From NCBI GenBank assembly GCA_964509675.1, contig CAZDXC010000001.1, positions 6,336-70,335 on the forward strand: a stretch of 64,000 bases of DNA. Reading direction: 5' to 3'. The DNA is from Candidatus Woesearchaeota archaeon (lineage in GTDB: Archaea; Nanobdellota; Nanobdellia; Pacearchaeales; GW2011-AR1). Both the position numbers and the translations under genes were made by a program. How positions within the stretch are numbered: position 1 is the stretch's first letter; each line of letters begins with the position of its first letter. Below the pieces are notes generated by a model, which was given only the letters and a program-made list of their open reading frames with translations, ran no database searches and was not told the origin of the DNA. Below are positions 1 to 8,934 of this stretch, in pieces.

Positions 1-301
1 TTCCAAGAATATTTCCTGCAATAGAAGAAAGGATATTTGGAACATTGTCTTTTTCAAAAAGTGCATCATGATAAGCAATTTTTATGTACTTCCCTCTTAT
101 AGAAAAAACCTGTGCCCTTAACTTTTCAACATATTCTTGCCCGACGACTTTTGTCCATGTTCCCACAGAACTTTCCAATGCAACAGTATTTGCTGCCTTT
201 TGCATAGAGATTTTATTTGGTGAAATCTTAAGAAGACAAATTAAATCATTCTTCCTGGGTTTGTATTTCAGGTTTACAAAGTCAAATTTTTTCTTTTTCA
301 T
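1..301 (-). CDS. rbcL: RuBisCO large subunit, form III-like, N-terminal part (runs off the window edge)
   Basis: Not in the ORF track. Manual translation from ATG at 301: MKKKKFDFVNLKYKPRKNDLICLLKISPNKISMQKAANTVALESSVGTWTKVVGQ...DNVPNILSSIAGNILG. It contains the RuBisCO motifs A-x-ESS-x-GTW and SIAGNI-x-G. Confidence 0.85.
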   Translation of the reverse strand, partial: MKKKKFDFVNLKYKPRKNDLICLLKISPNKISMQKAANTVALESSVGTWTKVVGQEYVEKLRAQVFSIRGKYIKIAYHDALFEKDNVPNILSSIAGNILG

Positions 302-342
302 TTTCCTCTTTTCAAGATATAATTAAATGGGATTTAAATATT

Positions 343-708
343 TTAAGAAACCAAGACAGGCAACTTTTTATTCCGTTCAACCTTCTTATTTTTCAATTTA
401 AGAACATATCTCTCTAATTCAGATAAAGATTCTTTATCCCTGTTTAATATTTCGCAAATTTCCCAGCCGCTCTTTATTGTTTCATGCAATGACACTGGTT
501 TTTTTATTCTTTCTTTTATGTATTTTTCCAATCCGCTAATCATATTCATGAATTCTACGAATTTTGAGAAACTTAAACAATTTCTATTTTTATTGTAAGA
601 CACAAAACTATACAAAATTCTTCCAACCTCCGGAGAAACATCCACACGATATTCTCTCTTTATAGCATTGATATCGTGTTGTATGTGGTCTGTTATATAT
701 TCAAGCAT
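343..708 (-). CDS. hypothetical protein
   Basis: 121-aa ORF co-oriented between cysS and rbcL; no recognised motif. Confidence 0.6.
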   Translation of the reverse strand: MLEYITDHIQHDINAIKREYRVDVSPEVGRILYSFVSYNKNRNCLSFSKFVEFMNMISGLEKYIKERIKKPVSLHETIKSGWEICEILNRDKESLSELERYVLKLKNKKVERNKKLPVLVS

Positions 709-730
709 CTTCTTATTTCTGTAACACTAT

Positions 731-2128
731 TTATAAGTTTTTGTATTTTCTGATTCTTGCTCCCTTGTCTGTATCATCAATAGCGTATCCAAGTTTTTTT
801 ATTTTGCTTCTTATTTTATCTGCTTCTTTCCATTTTTTATCTTTTCGTAATTCCTCTCTTTTCTTGATTAATTTTTTTATTTCTTTTGGGATTTCAATTG
901 TCTCTTCTTCCCTCAATTCCAACCCAAAAACCCTGTCAAAATCAAGGGCGAGTTCATACTTCTCTGCATCATTCAGTCTGTTGTCCCTTAAAATTTCCCA
1001 CAAGAATGAAACTGCTTTTGGTATGTTTAAATCATCATTTATTATTTCTAAGAATTGTTTTTTTGCAGCAAGGATATTTTTTTTATTTTTTCGCTGTGTT
1101 CGATGAGGTTTTATTTCAAGAATTATATTTTTTAATCTCTTGAATGAGTGCTGGCTTGCTTCAATAATCTTCAGGGAAAAGTTTAATGGTTTTCTATAGT
1201 GTGTTGTCAGGCACATGTATCTGAAACTTAAAGGACTGAAACCCTTTTTTTCAAGTTCAGAAATTGTGTATAAACCTCCTTTGCTCTTGCTGATTTTTTC
1301 TCCTTTGAATGTCAAAAAAGCTCCGTGAAGCCAGTAATTTACAAAATGTTTTCCTGAGTAAGCTTCGCTTTGCGCGATTTCATTTGTATGATGAATTTGT
1401 ATGTGGTCTTCTCCTCCTGTATGTATATCAAAATTCTTTCCGAGATATTTCATACTCATTGCACTGCATTCTATATGCCATCCTGGGAATCCTATGCCCC
1501 ATGGAGAATTCCATTCCTGCTGGCGTTTGTCTTCTTTTTTTGAGAATTTCCACAATGCAAAATCTGTCTTGTTTCTTTTTTCCCTCATCTCTGTTCTTTT
1601 TCCTGCAATTAATTTTTCTGCTTTTATGTTTGCCATTTTTCCATAATCTTTGAATTTGCTGGTGTCAAAATAAATTCCGTCACTTGTTCTGTATGTATAG
1701 CCTTTTTTTTCAAGAACTTTTATCATTTCAATCATCTCTTTTATGTGCTGTGTTGCCTTGCTCCAAATGTCTGGCTCGATAATGTTGAGTTTTTTGAAAT
1801 CTTCTCTGAACGCTTTCCAGTAATAATTTGAAATGTCTTCTGCTTTCTTTCTTTCTTTCCTGGCTTCTTTTTCAATTTTGTCTTCTCCAGAATCTGCATC
1901 ACTCGTCAGATGCCCTACATCAGTAACATTCATCACATGCTTTACATGATAATCATTGTATAGGAGAACTCTTTTCAAAATATCAGAGAAAATATATGTT
2001 CTTAAATTGCCAATATGCTGAAACCAATATACTGTTGGTCCGCAGGAATAAATTCCGACATAATCTTTCTTTATTGGCTTGAATATCTCTTTTTTTCTTG
2101 TTAGTGTATTATAGAGTCTTAATGGCAT
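731..2128 (-). CDS. cysS: cysteinyl-tRNA synthetase
   Basis: CGPTVY, HIGN (HIGH), PGWHIECSAM, DIHTGGEDH and KISKS (KMSKS) motifs. Confidence 0.97.
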   Translation of the reverse strand: MPLRLYNTLTRKKEIFKPIKKDYVGIYSCGPTVYWFQHIGNLRTYIFSDILKRVLLYNDYHVKHVMNVTDVGHLTSDADSGEDKIEKEARKERKKAEDISNYYWKAFREDFKKLNIIEPDIWSKATQHIKEMIEMIKVLEKKGYTYRTSDGIYFDTSKFKDYGKMANIKAEKLIAGKRTEMREKRNKTDFALWKFSKKEDKRQQEWNSPWGIGFPGWHIECSAMSMKYLGKNFDIHTGGEDHIQIHHTNEIAQSEAYSGKHFVNYWLHGAFLTFKGEKISKSKGGLYTISELEKKGFSPLSFRYMCLTTHYRKPLNFSLKIIEASQHSFKRLKNIILEIKPHRTQRKNKKNILAAKKQFLEIINDDLNIPKAVSFLWEILRDNRLNDAEKYELALDFDRVFGLELREEETIEIPKEIKKLIKKREELRKDKKWKEADKIRSKIKKLGYAIDDTDKGARIRKYKNL

Positions 2129-2219
2129 TAATATTCTAAGAAATAAGATTTTTTAAATCTTAATCAGGCTGCCCCAAATTTAGAGGATAGATTGATAAAG
2201 AAAAACAGGGTTTTCTTTA

Positions 2220-2822
2220 TTATTTTGCCTTGATTTCTACATCAAAGAAATCACTCTTATAGACGCTTCCGTCTGCTTCTACATTTACTCTGAATCTTAT
2301 TGTGCATAGTGGTGCTCCGACTGGTATATTGAACATTACTCTCTGAACAGAAGAGTCTCCTGAAGCTATTGCTATATTCTCCTCTGCTCTTCCTGTCACA
2401 ATCCATTTTTCAGCAGTTGCTGCATCTATTCCGCATTTGCTTTGTATGTCTGCATCAGAAACAGAGACAGTGTAAGAAAATTTCTTGCTTCCGCTAGCTC
2501 CGGTAAGCAAATTTTTAATTCCCAATCCAACCCCATCAGTATCTTCCTGTTTTATCTGAATAAATCTCGTACTTGGATATATTGACACTTTGCTTTCTTC
2601 AGAGAATAATTTGTTAACTTCATTTGTAAGTTGTTCATCTGTCAAATCAACAACTCTTTTTGCGCTCGTAAAAATGTTTTTTATCAGAACCACTCCAAGA
2701 ATCAAAACAGTTACCAATAAGACAATAGTAACTATAGTTCCTACAGACATCTCCATTGCTGCTCTACGGTTTTTTGGAAAAAAGCTATAGAGTGAATTTT
2801 TATGAGTTCTTTTTGATTTCAT
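2220..2822 (-). CDS. pilin-like secreted protein with class III-type signal peptide
   Basis: Basic N-terminus, RRA/AMEMS, then hydrophobic VGTIVTIVLLVTVLILG and a beta-rich C-terminus. Confidence 0.6.
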   Translation of the reverse strand: MKSKRTHKNSLYSFFPKNRRAAMEMSVGTIVTIVLLVTVLILGVVLIKNIFTSAKRVVDLTDEQLTNEVNKLFSEESKVSIYPSTRFIQIKQEDTDGVGLGIKNLLTGASGSKKFSYTVSVSDADIQSKCGIDAATAEKWIVTGRAEENIAIASGDSSVQRVMFNIPVGAPLCTIRFRVNVEADGSVYKSDFFDVEIKAK

Positions 2823-2823
2823 G

Positions 2824-3084
2824 TTACGCACTAGGAAGCTGATTTAACAAAGGTGCAATAAATTTCGCATAAAGAACAATCACTGCAATGCTCAAAATAA
2901 TACCTGCAATATTCAATATAACTCCTGCTTTTCCGAGTTTGGTTTTGTGTTTCTTTTGCTGAACTAAACAAAAAACTAATCCGACAATAGCAATTACAAT
3001 TCCAATCCATCCAGAAAATATAATTGCCAATACACCGAGAGTAAATCCAGAAATTCCTAATCCCTCTGTTTCTTTTTCAGCCAT
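2824..3084 (-). CDS. small 2-3 TM membrane protein (DUF4190-like)
   Basis: GISGFTLGVLAI...GKAGVILNIAGIILS pattern. Confidence 0.55.
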   Translation of the reverse strand: MAEKETEGLGISGFTLGVLAIIFSGWIGIVIAIVGLVFCLVQQKKHKTKLGKAGVILNIAGIILSIAVIVLYAKFIAPLLNQLPSA

Positions 3085-3184
3085 CTTTTTATATTGTATT
3101 TAATTTTTTTAGTTTTATAAATGTTTTTAATTTTTCAATTCTAAAAGTTTAAAAGTATACAGAATTAATTATTGTTATCTTATT

Positions 3185-3256
3185 GGGGTCCTAGCTCAGC
3201 GGGAGAGCACATGACTGAAGATCATGGTGTCCCGGGTTCGACTCCCGGGGATCCCA
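3185..3256 (+). tRNA. tRNA-Phe (GAA), CCA not encoded
   Basis: Acceptor GGGGTCC/GGATCCC, anticodon arm CATGA-CTGAAGA-TCATG, T arm CCGGG-TTCGACT-CCCGG. Confidence 0.95.
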
Positions 3257-3393
3257 TAATAATCGGGATGTCGAACGTTCGACTCCGAATGATTCCACGA
3301 GAGAGGCAGTTAATCCAGTGACGAGTGGGGTCAGGAGTTCGGGGATCCCATTGATTTAATAACTTTTAAAAACCCTTCTTATCTTCTATTTTT

Positions 3394-3770
3394 GTAAGTT
3401 GGGTAGTTAACTTTCGGGATTCAATCCTTGAATGGATAAGTGATAAAATTATAATCGCTGAGTTCTGAGGAAGGTCCGCCCACCCACAACTTTTGTTTGT
3501 GACAAAGTCATTCATGAAAATGAACCATTGTGAAATGGAGCTCTGTTACAGAAACGACACAGCTTTCACTGAGCTATGAAATTTGCATTGAGCTTAGAAG
3601 TGAAGGATTTGATGAAACGAGCATCTTGACTGGTGCAAGGTCGTGTCTCTGAATTCGACGAGGTTTTCACCTTCGGCGAAAAGGGACCAAAAGAACCGCA
3701 TAGTTGAATGTTAACACGTTCTGTTCTTGCAAAGAGAAGAACGACAAAAGGTGGCCTATTCCCAACTTAC
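3394..3770 (+). ncRNA. rnpB: archaeal RNase P RNA
   Basis: P1 GTAAGTTGGG/CCCAACTTAC; conserved GAGGAAGGTCCGCCCACC, ACAGAAACGACAC, TGAAACG...GGTGCAAG, CCGCATAGTTGAATG and ACAAAAGGTGGCCTAT. Confidence 0.9.
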
Positions 3771-3830
3771 ACCAATGAAACATTCCTTTACAATTAGGAT
3801 TTTCATAAAGGTGGCCTACTCCCAACTTAC

Positions 3831-4019
3831 TTATTTTTGATTTCTTTTGTTGACTTTCCAGCCTTGCCTTTTGGCTATTGCATAAGCAATCTTCTTTGCT
3901 TCTTCTTTGTTGTATGTTTTTCCGTACTTCTTCTGATACTTCTTAGGAACATTTTTTCCAGCATAATAACTCTGTGTGCTCTTTAGAAGTTTCTTGAGTT
4001 TTTTTGATTTCGGCGGCAT
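3831..4019 (-). CDS. small basic hypothetical protein
   Basis: 62 aa, Lys-rich, with SD-like GAGGT upstream of the ATG. Confidence 0.6.
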   Translation of the reverse strand: MPPKSKKLKKLLKSTQSYYAGKNVPKKYQKKYGKTYNKEEAKKIAYAIAKRQGWKVNKRNQK

Positions 4020-4105
4020 TTTTTACCTCTTTTAAATATCAGGGGAAATCTACTTAAATAATTTTTGTTAGAAAGAATTAAAAATAATTCTCTCTTTGAT
4101 ATAAA

Positions 4106-4585
4106 ATGAAAAAGAGTGTGATGAGAAAATGGAGAGTATTGCTTGTTTCTTTGCTTGTTGTTTATATTGCTGCTTTTGCAGGGAGTTTGTTCACTTCCAA
4201 AAATGTAAGCACTTCTTGGTATGATTCAATAAGAAATCCTTTAATTCCTCCTAACTGGGTTTTTCCAGTAGTCTGGAATGTGTTGTTTTTTCTTATTGCA
4301 CTTTCTTTATTTTTTGCATTGATAAATGCAAAGAAGAAATATAAACTGAAAATAGCACTGGCTTTTGGAATAAATCTCCTGCTTAATGTTTTTTGGAGTG
4401 TTTTGTTTTTTGGATTTAAGAAAGTAAATCTTGCATTTTTTGAATTAATTTTATTATGGCTGTCAATTATAGGAATGATTTATGTTACATCCAGAGTAAG
4501 CAAGAAATCAGCGTTGTTTTTAGTGCCTTACCTCTTATGGGTTGGTTTTGCAGGGATATTAAATTACTCGATTGCTTTTGGGTAG
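4106..4585 (+). CDS. tspO: TspO/MBR family tryptophan-rich sensory protein
   Basis: WYDSI..P..PPNWVFPVVW, LNVFWSVLFFG, LVPYLLWVGFA motifs. Confidence 0.9.
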   Translation: MKKSVMRKWRVLLVSLLVVYIAAFAGSLFTSKNVSTSWYDSIRNPLIPPNWVFPVVWNVLFFLIALSLFFALINAKKKYKLKIALAFGINLLLNVFWSVLFFGFKKVNLAFFELILLWLSIIGMIYVTSRVSKKSALFLVPYLLWVGFAGILNYSIAFG

Positions 4586-4591
4586 AATTAT

Positions 4592-4735
4592 TGGAAACAA
4601 GGGGCAGAGCCCCTGTTTCCTGAGGGTTGATGGGTTGGTTTTTCTTTAAAAAGAGTAGGAAACAAGGTTTAGCTGCAGGCGAGATTTTTGAACGTGTCAG
4701 CCATCATAATGCCCAGCGCCACCTTGTTTCTTGAA
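4592..4735. repeat. two REP-like hairpins sharing a GGAAACAAGG stem
   Basis: GGAAACAAGGGG-CAGAG-CCCCTGTTTCC and GTAGGAAACAAGGT...ACCTTGTTTC. Confidence 0.45.
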
Positions 4736-4910
4736 GGGGTTAAAGGGGTGATGAGGTTAAATTTTCGTTTTTAATATGTCGAATAATTTATCTCTTTTAA
4801 TTAATTTATTCAATCAAATCTTCTTTATAAAGCATAAGAAAGAAAAATACATAGGAATAATATATCTATTGTACATAAAACTTTAAATAACATAAACAGA
4901 TGTTTTTTTC

Positions 4911-5612
4911 ATGGATTTATATTCGTTAGTAATTGAAAATAAGTGGATTTTGGAAGTACTTTATGCCCTTGCAATCAGTCTGATTTGTGCAGTTATTGTC
5001 ATTAAAACAGACAGGTTTTTTAAGTTAAGCCTGCATCAAGGAATAAGATATTTCAGAAATGCATTCTTTTTTTATGGGCTTGGATTTATAGCGAGATATA
5101 TTTTTGGAGTTCTTTCCGACTGGTCATTTTCTATTAACTATTTTGTTATGCAAATGATTTTTGAATATTTTCTTGTAATGGCCGGCTTTTTTCTTTTTTA
5201 CAGTCTTGTGTGGAGGAAATTTGAATCTCCTAAAGAAGAATATTTAAGTTCTTTGTTGAATACAAAAATAGCAGTTTTTCATATAATGGCTGTCATAATT
5301 GCGGTCCTCGATTATACATGGCATACTTATTATTTCATGTTTGCTTCGCAAATTATAATTTTCTTCTGTGCATCAATAATCTCTTATGTCAATTACAGAA
5401 CTAACGGAAGACAGCATAAATTCCTCAAGTTTTACTTTATTGCAATGCTTCTTGGATTAGCAGCATGGATATTGAATTTGCTTGCTCCGCTTTATTTTAG
5501 GTGGAATCAGGGAATATTAATCAATATCGGAATAATTAATGTAATGTTCTTTTTATTATTCTTATATGGGGTTATAAAAGTTACAAAGAAAAATGGCAAC
5601 AAGGAAACGTGA
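4911..5612 (+). CDS. multi-pass membrane protein (about 7 TM)
   Basis: Repeated hydrophobic segments; 3' end overlaps the following wHTH gene. Confidence 0.7.
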   Translation: MDLYSLVIENKWILEVLYALAISLICAVIVIKTDRFFKLSLHQGIRYFRNAFFFYGLGFIARYIFGVLSDWSFSINYFVMQMIFEYFLVMAGFFLFYSLVWRKFESPKEEYLSSLLNTKIAVFHIMAVIIAVLDYTWHTYYFMFASQIIIFFCASIISYVNYRTNGRQHKFLKFYFIAMLLGLAAWILNLLAPLYFRWNQGILINIGIINVMFFLLFLYGVIKVTKKNGNKET

Positions 5613-5868
5613 GAGGTTGGACGTTATAAGAGACATACTTCAGACAATAAGGCAAAACAGGGAAATAAAGCCCACGAGGTTATTGTATGCTTCCAATCTT
5701 TCTCCGCAAATGTTTAAGGAATATATAAATGAATTAATTAGCAAGAAGTTTATTAAACTGGAGATAGACGAGAAAGACAAGAAGACTTTTTCTCTCACAA
5801 AAAAAGGACAGGATTTTCTTCAGGAATATAAAGTAATTGAAGAATTTATTGAGAATTTTGGGCTGTAA
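5593..5868 (+). CDS. winged-helix transcriptional regulator (HTH_45/DUF4364-like)
   Basis: R.RLDVIRDIL...KPTRLLYASNLS...FKEYINELISKKFI...FSLTKKGQDFL pattern. Confidence 0.8.
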   Translation: MATRKRERLDVIRDILQTIRQNREIKPTRLLYASNLSPQMFKEYINELISKKFIKLEIDEKDKKTFSLTKKGQDFLQEYKVIEEFIENFGL

Positions 5869-6073
5869 AATTTTCTTCCTTATGATAACTCATGACTACC
5901 TTTACTTCCTGTACTTCAGACCTTCTTAAAATAGCCCTGTTTAATTTTCTTAGAATTTTTATATAATATTCCTGTAAGCTGTCTTTTTCATTAAATCCTC
6001 TCACATCTACTTCATCTCCATAACCCTGGGGAGCTATAAATGTTTTTACCTCAATAATTTTTTCCAAATACAT
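5846..6073 (-). CDS. hypothetical protein
   Basis: 75-aa ORF convergent with the wHTH gene. Confidence 0.5.
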   Translation of the reverse strand: MYLEKIIEVKTFIAPQGYGDEVDVRGFNEKDSLQEYYIKILRKLNRAILRRSEVQEVKVVMSYHKEENFTAQNSQ

Positions 6074-6104
6074 AATTTTTCATTACAGAATTAACTTATA
6101 AATC

Positions 6105-6260
6105 TTACTTTTTTGATTTTCCTCTTTTCTTCAAATTTATCTTTTGGAGTTTTTTGCAGTGGGGGCAGCGAACCATTATCTGTCCTGCCTTGTCTTTTAG
6201 AATTCCGAACTCTTTTTGACATAAGGGATTTTTACACACCTGTAAAAATCTTTTTACCAT
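6105..6260 (-). CDS. small zinc-ribbon protein (51 aa)
   Basis: Below the ORF-track cutoff. Manual translation: MVKRFLQVCKNPLCQKEFGILKDKAGQIMVRCPHCKKLQKINLKKRGKSKK (C-x4-C...C-x2-C). Confidence 0.65.
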   Translation of the reverse strand: MVKRFLQVCKNPLCQKEFGILKDKAGQIMVRCPHCKKLQKINLKKRGKSKK

Positions 6261-6404
6261 GAGATAATCAAGTTGAGGAAATATATAAATCTACCTCATA
6301 CAAATATTTAAAAATGTCTCTTCTTAGTGATATTTATGAGTATTAAATTCGTTGAAGTAGATAAGTTATTTCTATTTATAAAATTGTAAGGAGGATATAG
6401 AAAG

Positions 6405-6716
6405 ATGAAGTTACATGTAGGAAATTTGCCTTTTGCTGTTGATGATAACGAGTTGAAAGAAATGTTTTCTGAATACAATCCAGAAGAAGTGACTCTTATC
6501 AAAGACAAGTTTTCAGGACGTTCAAAAGGTTTTGGTTTCGTAACAATTTCCGATGATGAAGTTGCAAAAAAAGCGATTTCAGATTTGAATGGGAAAGACG
6601 TGCAGGGACGAGAACTTAGAGTTTCTGAAGCAAAGCCAATGGAAGAAAGACCACCAAGAAGAAACTTTGGCGGAAATCGTGGATTTGGCGGAAGAAACTT
6701 TCAGAGAAGATTCTGA
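6405..6716 (+). CDS. RRM (RNP-1) RNA-binding protein with Gly/Arg-rich tail
   Basis: RNP2 KLHVGNLP, RNP1 KGFGFVT, C-terminal RRNFGGNRGFGGR. Confidence 0.92.
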   Translation: MKLHVGNLPFAVDDNELKEMFSEYNPEEVTLIKDKFSGRSKGFGFVTISDDEVAKKAISDLNGKDVQGRELRVSEAKPMEERPPRRNFGGNRGFGGRNFQRRF

Positions 6717-6823
6717 TTAATCTAATTAGAAAAAGCAGGTGATTTCTTTATTTTTTGTGAATTTTATTTTAGTAAAACTTTTTAAATCAGAGTTTCTTTA
6801 GATATTAAATAAAAAGGAGGTGA

Positions 6824-7039
6824 ATGATGGCAAAAAAAGTCGGCAAGGTCATATTTGCAATAGCTATAGTTTTGTTAGTTGTTGGTGGCCTTAATTGGGG
6901 ACTAGTAGGATTGTTGAATTTCAACCTGGTTGACTCTCTATTCGGTTCATCAGTGGTATCAACAGTGATTTATGTGCTAGTTGGTTTATCTGCTCTTTAC
7001 GTAGCATTGGCTAAATTATTCATGAAAAAGAGAAAATAA
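6824..7039 (+). CDS. DUF378 family membrane protein
   Basis: LLVVGGLNWGLVG...NLVD.LFG...IYVLVGLSA; strong SD GGAGGTGA. Confidence 0.85.
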   Translation: MMAKKVGKVIFAIAIVLLVVGGLNWGLVGLLNFNLVDSLFGSSVVSTVIYVLVGLSALYVALAKLFMKKRK

Positions 7040-7071
7040 ACCTGTATAATTTATTTGTTTTTTAGTTTGAT

Positions 7072-7446
7072 TTGAATATTTATCAAGAAGGTGAAAGGAG
7101 GATGAAAATGAAAAAGAAATTTGTTGGAAAGTGGGCTTTTTTAATTGGTTTAGTAGTAGCCATACTTGCGTCTTTTTTAATAGGATATGCAACAACTATC
7201 GCAATAGTATTATTCCTGCTTGGTTTAGTTGTAGGATTACTTAACATATCTGAAAAAGACAGTAATAAGTTTTTACTTGCAGCAATAGCTCTGCTGACAG
7301 GAGGAATTGCAAGTATAAGTGCTCTTTCGATTCTTGGAGTAGTAAGCACTTATCTTGGTTCAATTTTAAGTAATTTTATGGCATTTGTCAGTGCAGCAGC
7401 ATTGGTTGTGGCAATAAAAGCAATTTTTGAAACAGGAAAGAACTAA
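7072..7446 (+). CDS. membrane protein (true start probably ATG near 7101)
   Basis: Four hydrophobic segments, GLLNISEKDSNKFLLA; SD GGAGG before the ATG. Confidence 0.7.
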   Translation: MNIYQEGERRMKMKKKFVGKWAFLIGLVVAILASFLIGYATTIAIVLFLLGLVVGLLNISEKDSNKFLLAAIALLTGGIASISALSILGVVSTYLGSILSNFMAFVSAAALVVAIKAIFETGKN

Positions 7447-7521
7447 ACTAATTTATTTTAATTTTTTATTTTTAATTTTTTATTATAAACATCAAATATT
7501 GAAAGGAGGTGAAAAAAAGAG

Positions 7522-7905
7522 ATGATGACACCAATTGAAATCATAGCATTAGTCTTAATTTCTTTATCAGCACTTAAAATTATCCTTATCCCAAAGGTTT
7601 GGATGAAATATGTTGTTAAGCCTCTTTATTCCAAAGCAGGGATTCTGTTTATAGTAGAATTAATCTTGGCAGGGGTTGTTCTTTATTACCTATTGCAATC
7701 AGGATTGTCAATAGTTCAGATTTTGGCAGTAATAGGATTAGGTGCTTTGCTTACAGGAATGACTTTTGCATGGTACGGGAAAGAAACAATAGCATGGGCA
7801 AGAACAGTGTTAAGAAAAGGAATTTGGAAGAGAGCATGGCTTCCGATATTGATATGGATGGCTCTGATAGTTTGGGGAGCATTGGCATTGTTCAAGGTAA
7901 TCTAA
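7522..7905 (+). CDS. membrane protein
   Basis: Four hydrophobic segments; SD GGAGGTGA. Confidence 0.7.
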   Translation: MMTPIEIIALVLISLSALKIILIPKVWMKYVVKPLYSKAGILFIVELILAGVVLYYLLQSGLSIVQILAVIGLGALLTGMTFAWYGKETIAWARTVLRKGIWKRAWLPILIWMALIVWGALALFKVI

Positions 7906-8004
7906 ATTTTTTTATTTTATTTTTTATTTTTTTATTGTTAATGTAAAAAATCTCTATTGCTTGTTCAACTCACAGGTTTACACTGATTATTATATCATCA
8001 ATCT

Positions 8005-8024
8005 GCGAGCGTTAGCGAGCGATT
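8005..8024. repeat. 20-bp dispersed repeat GCGAGCGTTAGCGAGCGATT, copy 1
   Basis: Exact second copy at 24502-24521. Confidence 0.7.
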
Positions 8025-8098
8025 TTGCGTATAATCCATATTCAACAAAGTCGGGAGTAGAGCGTAATGATTAAATATACTCTTTCCTTTTTTCTTTA

Positions 8099-8284
8099 AT
8101 GAGACGAGTAAATATCAAAGTAATAATTTTCTCATTTATTGCTCTTGGCTTTCTTGCCCTGACTTTCCTTGTTGACTGGCTGTTTATAATCGGTGCTGTG
8201 GTTATGATGTGGCTGAATCAAAGAGAGTTAATGGGGAAGAAGAGGGGAAGGAATAAAAAGGAAGAAAAGATAAGATCTTCATGA
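8099..8284 (+). CDS. small membrane protein
   Basis: Two hydrophobic segments and a basic tail; overlaps the next start by 4 nt. Confidence 0.55.
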   Translation: MRRVNIKVIIFSFIALGFLALTFLVDWLFIIGAVVMMWLNQRELMGKKRGRNKKEEKIRSS

Positions 8285-8934
8285 TAAAGAAAACAACGAT
8301 TGAAATAATCTCTGAAATCCTTAGAAAATTGCCTAAAAAATGGAATGCAAAAAAAGCAATTTTAGAGATGAAGGAAGCAAATTTTAATCAATGGCGACAG
8401 ATGGAATGGATTGGATGGTACTTTGAATACTTATGTCAAAAATATCTAAAAGAAGTTATGGAATTTCATAAAATAAAATATGGAAATGTTAAGTTTGATG
8501 GTTTTTTAGAAGTTCCTTTTGATTTTAAATCTCATGCTATTAATACTGAAAGTCATAAAGTTATAATTAATGATACAGAAGCAACAATAAAAGCGATAAA
8601 AGAGTATGATTATGTAATTGTTATAATGGCAATTGGAGAAGTAGTTTATAATGATAAAGACAGAAGTTTTCAAAAATGGCATGAAAAAATTAAAGGTGGA
8701 AAATCAAAATATGAAGAAGAAAGAATAAAAAGAGGGGCTTTATCAAGATTAAGGAAAACTGATTTTAATCTTAAAGAATTAATGTTTATCAAAATAAATA
8801 AAGAAACGTTAGAAAGATGTGGTTCATTTCAAAAAGATTTCAGAAATGCTAATGGTTCTCTAAGAAGATCTAAAGTCTTACTTGATTTAGAAAAATTAAA
8901 AGATGAAGAGATTATAAAAAAGATAGAATTTTAA
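8281..8934 (+). CDS. putative type II restriction endonuclease (PD-(D/E)XK-like)
   Basis: E..GWYFE helix then FDG...FDFK; convergent with, and overlapping, a methylase gene. Confidence 0.55.
   Translation: MIKKTTIEIISEILRKLPKKWNAKKAILEMKEANFNQWRQMEWIGWYFEYLCQKYLKEVMEFHKIKYGNVKFDGFLEVPFDFKSHAINTESHKVIINDTEATIKAIKEYDYVIVIMAIGEVVYNDKDRSFQKWHEKIKGGKSKYEEERIKRGALSRLRKTDFNLKELMFIKINKETLERCGSFQKDFRNANGSLRRSKVLLDLEKLKDEEIIKKIEF

Noticed and set aside
3747-3830. Mini-CRISPR (24-bp repeat, 36-bp spacer)
   Set aside because: Only two copies, the repeat is the RNase P RNA 3' end, and there are no cas genes.
6105-6260. Ribosomal protein L40e
   Set aside because: Cys spacing and sequence do not fit L40e; kept as a generic zinc ribbon.
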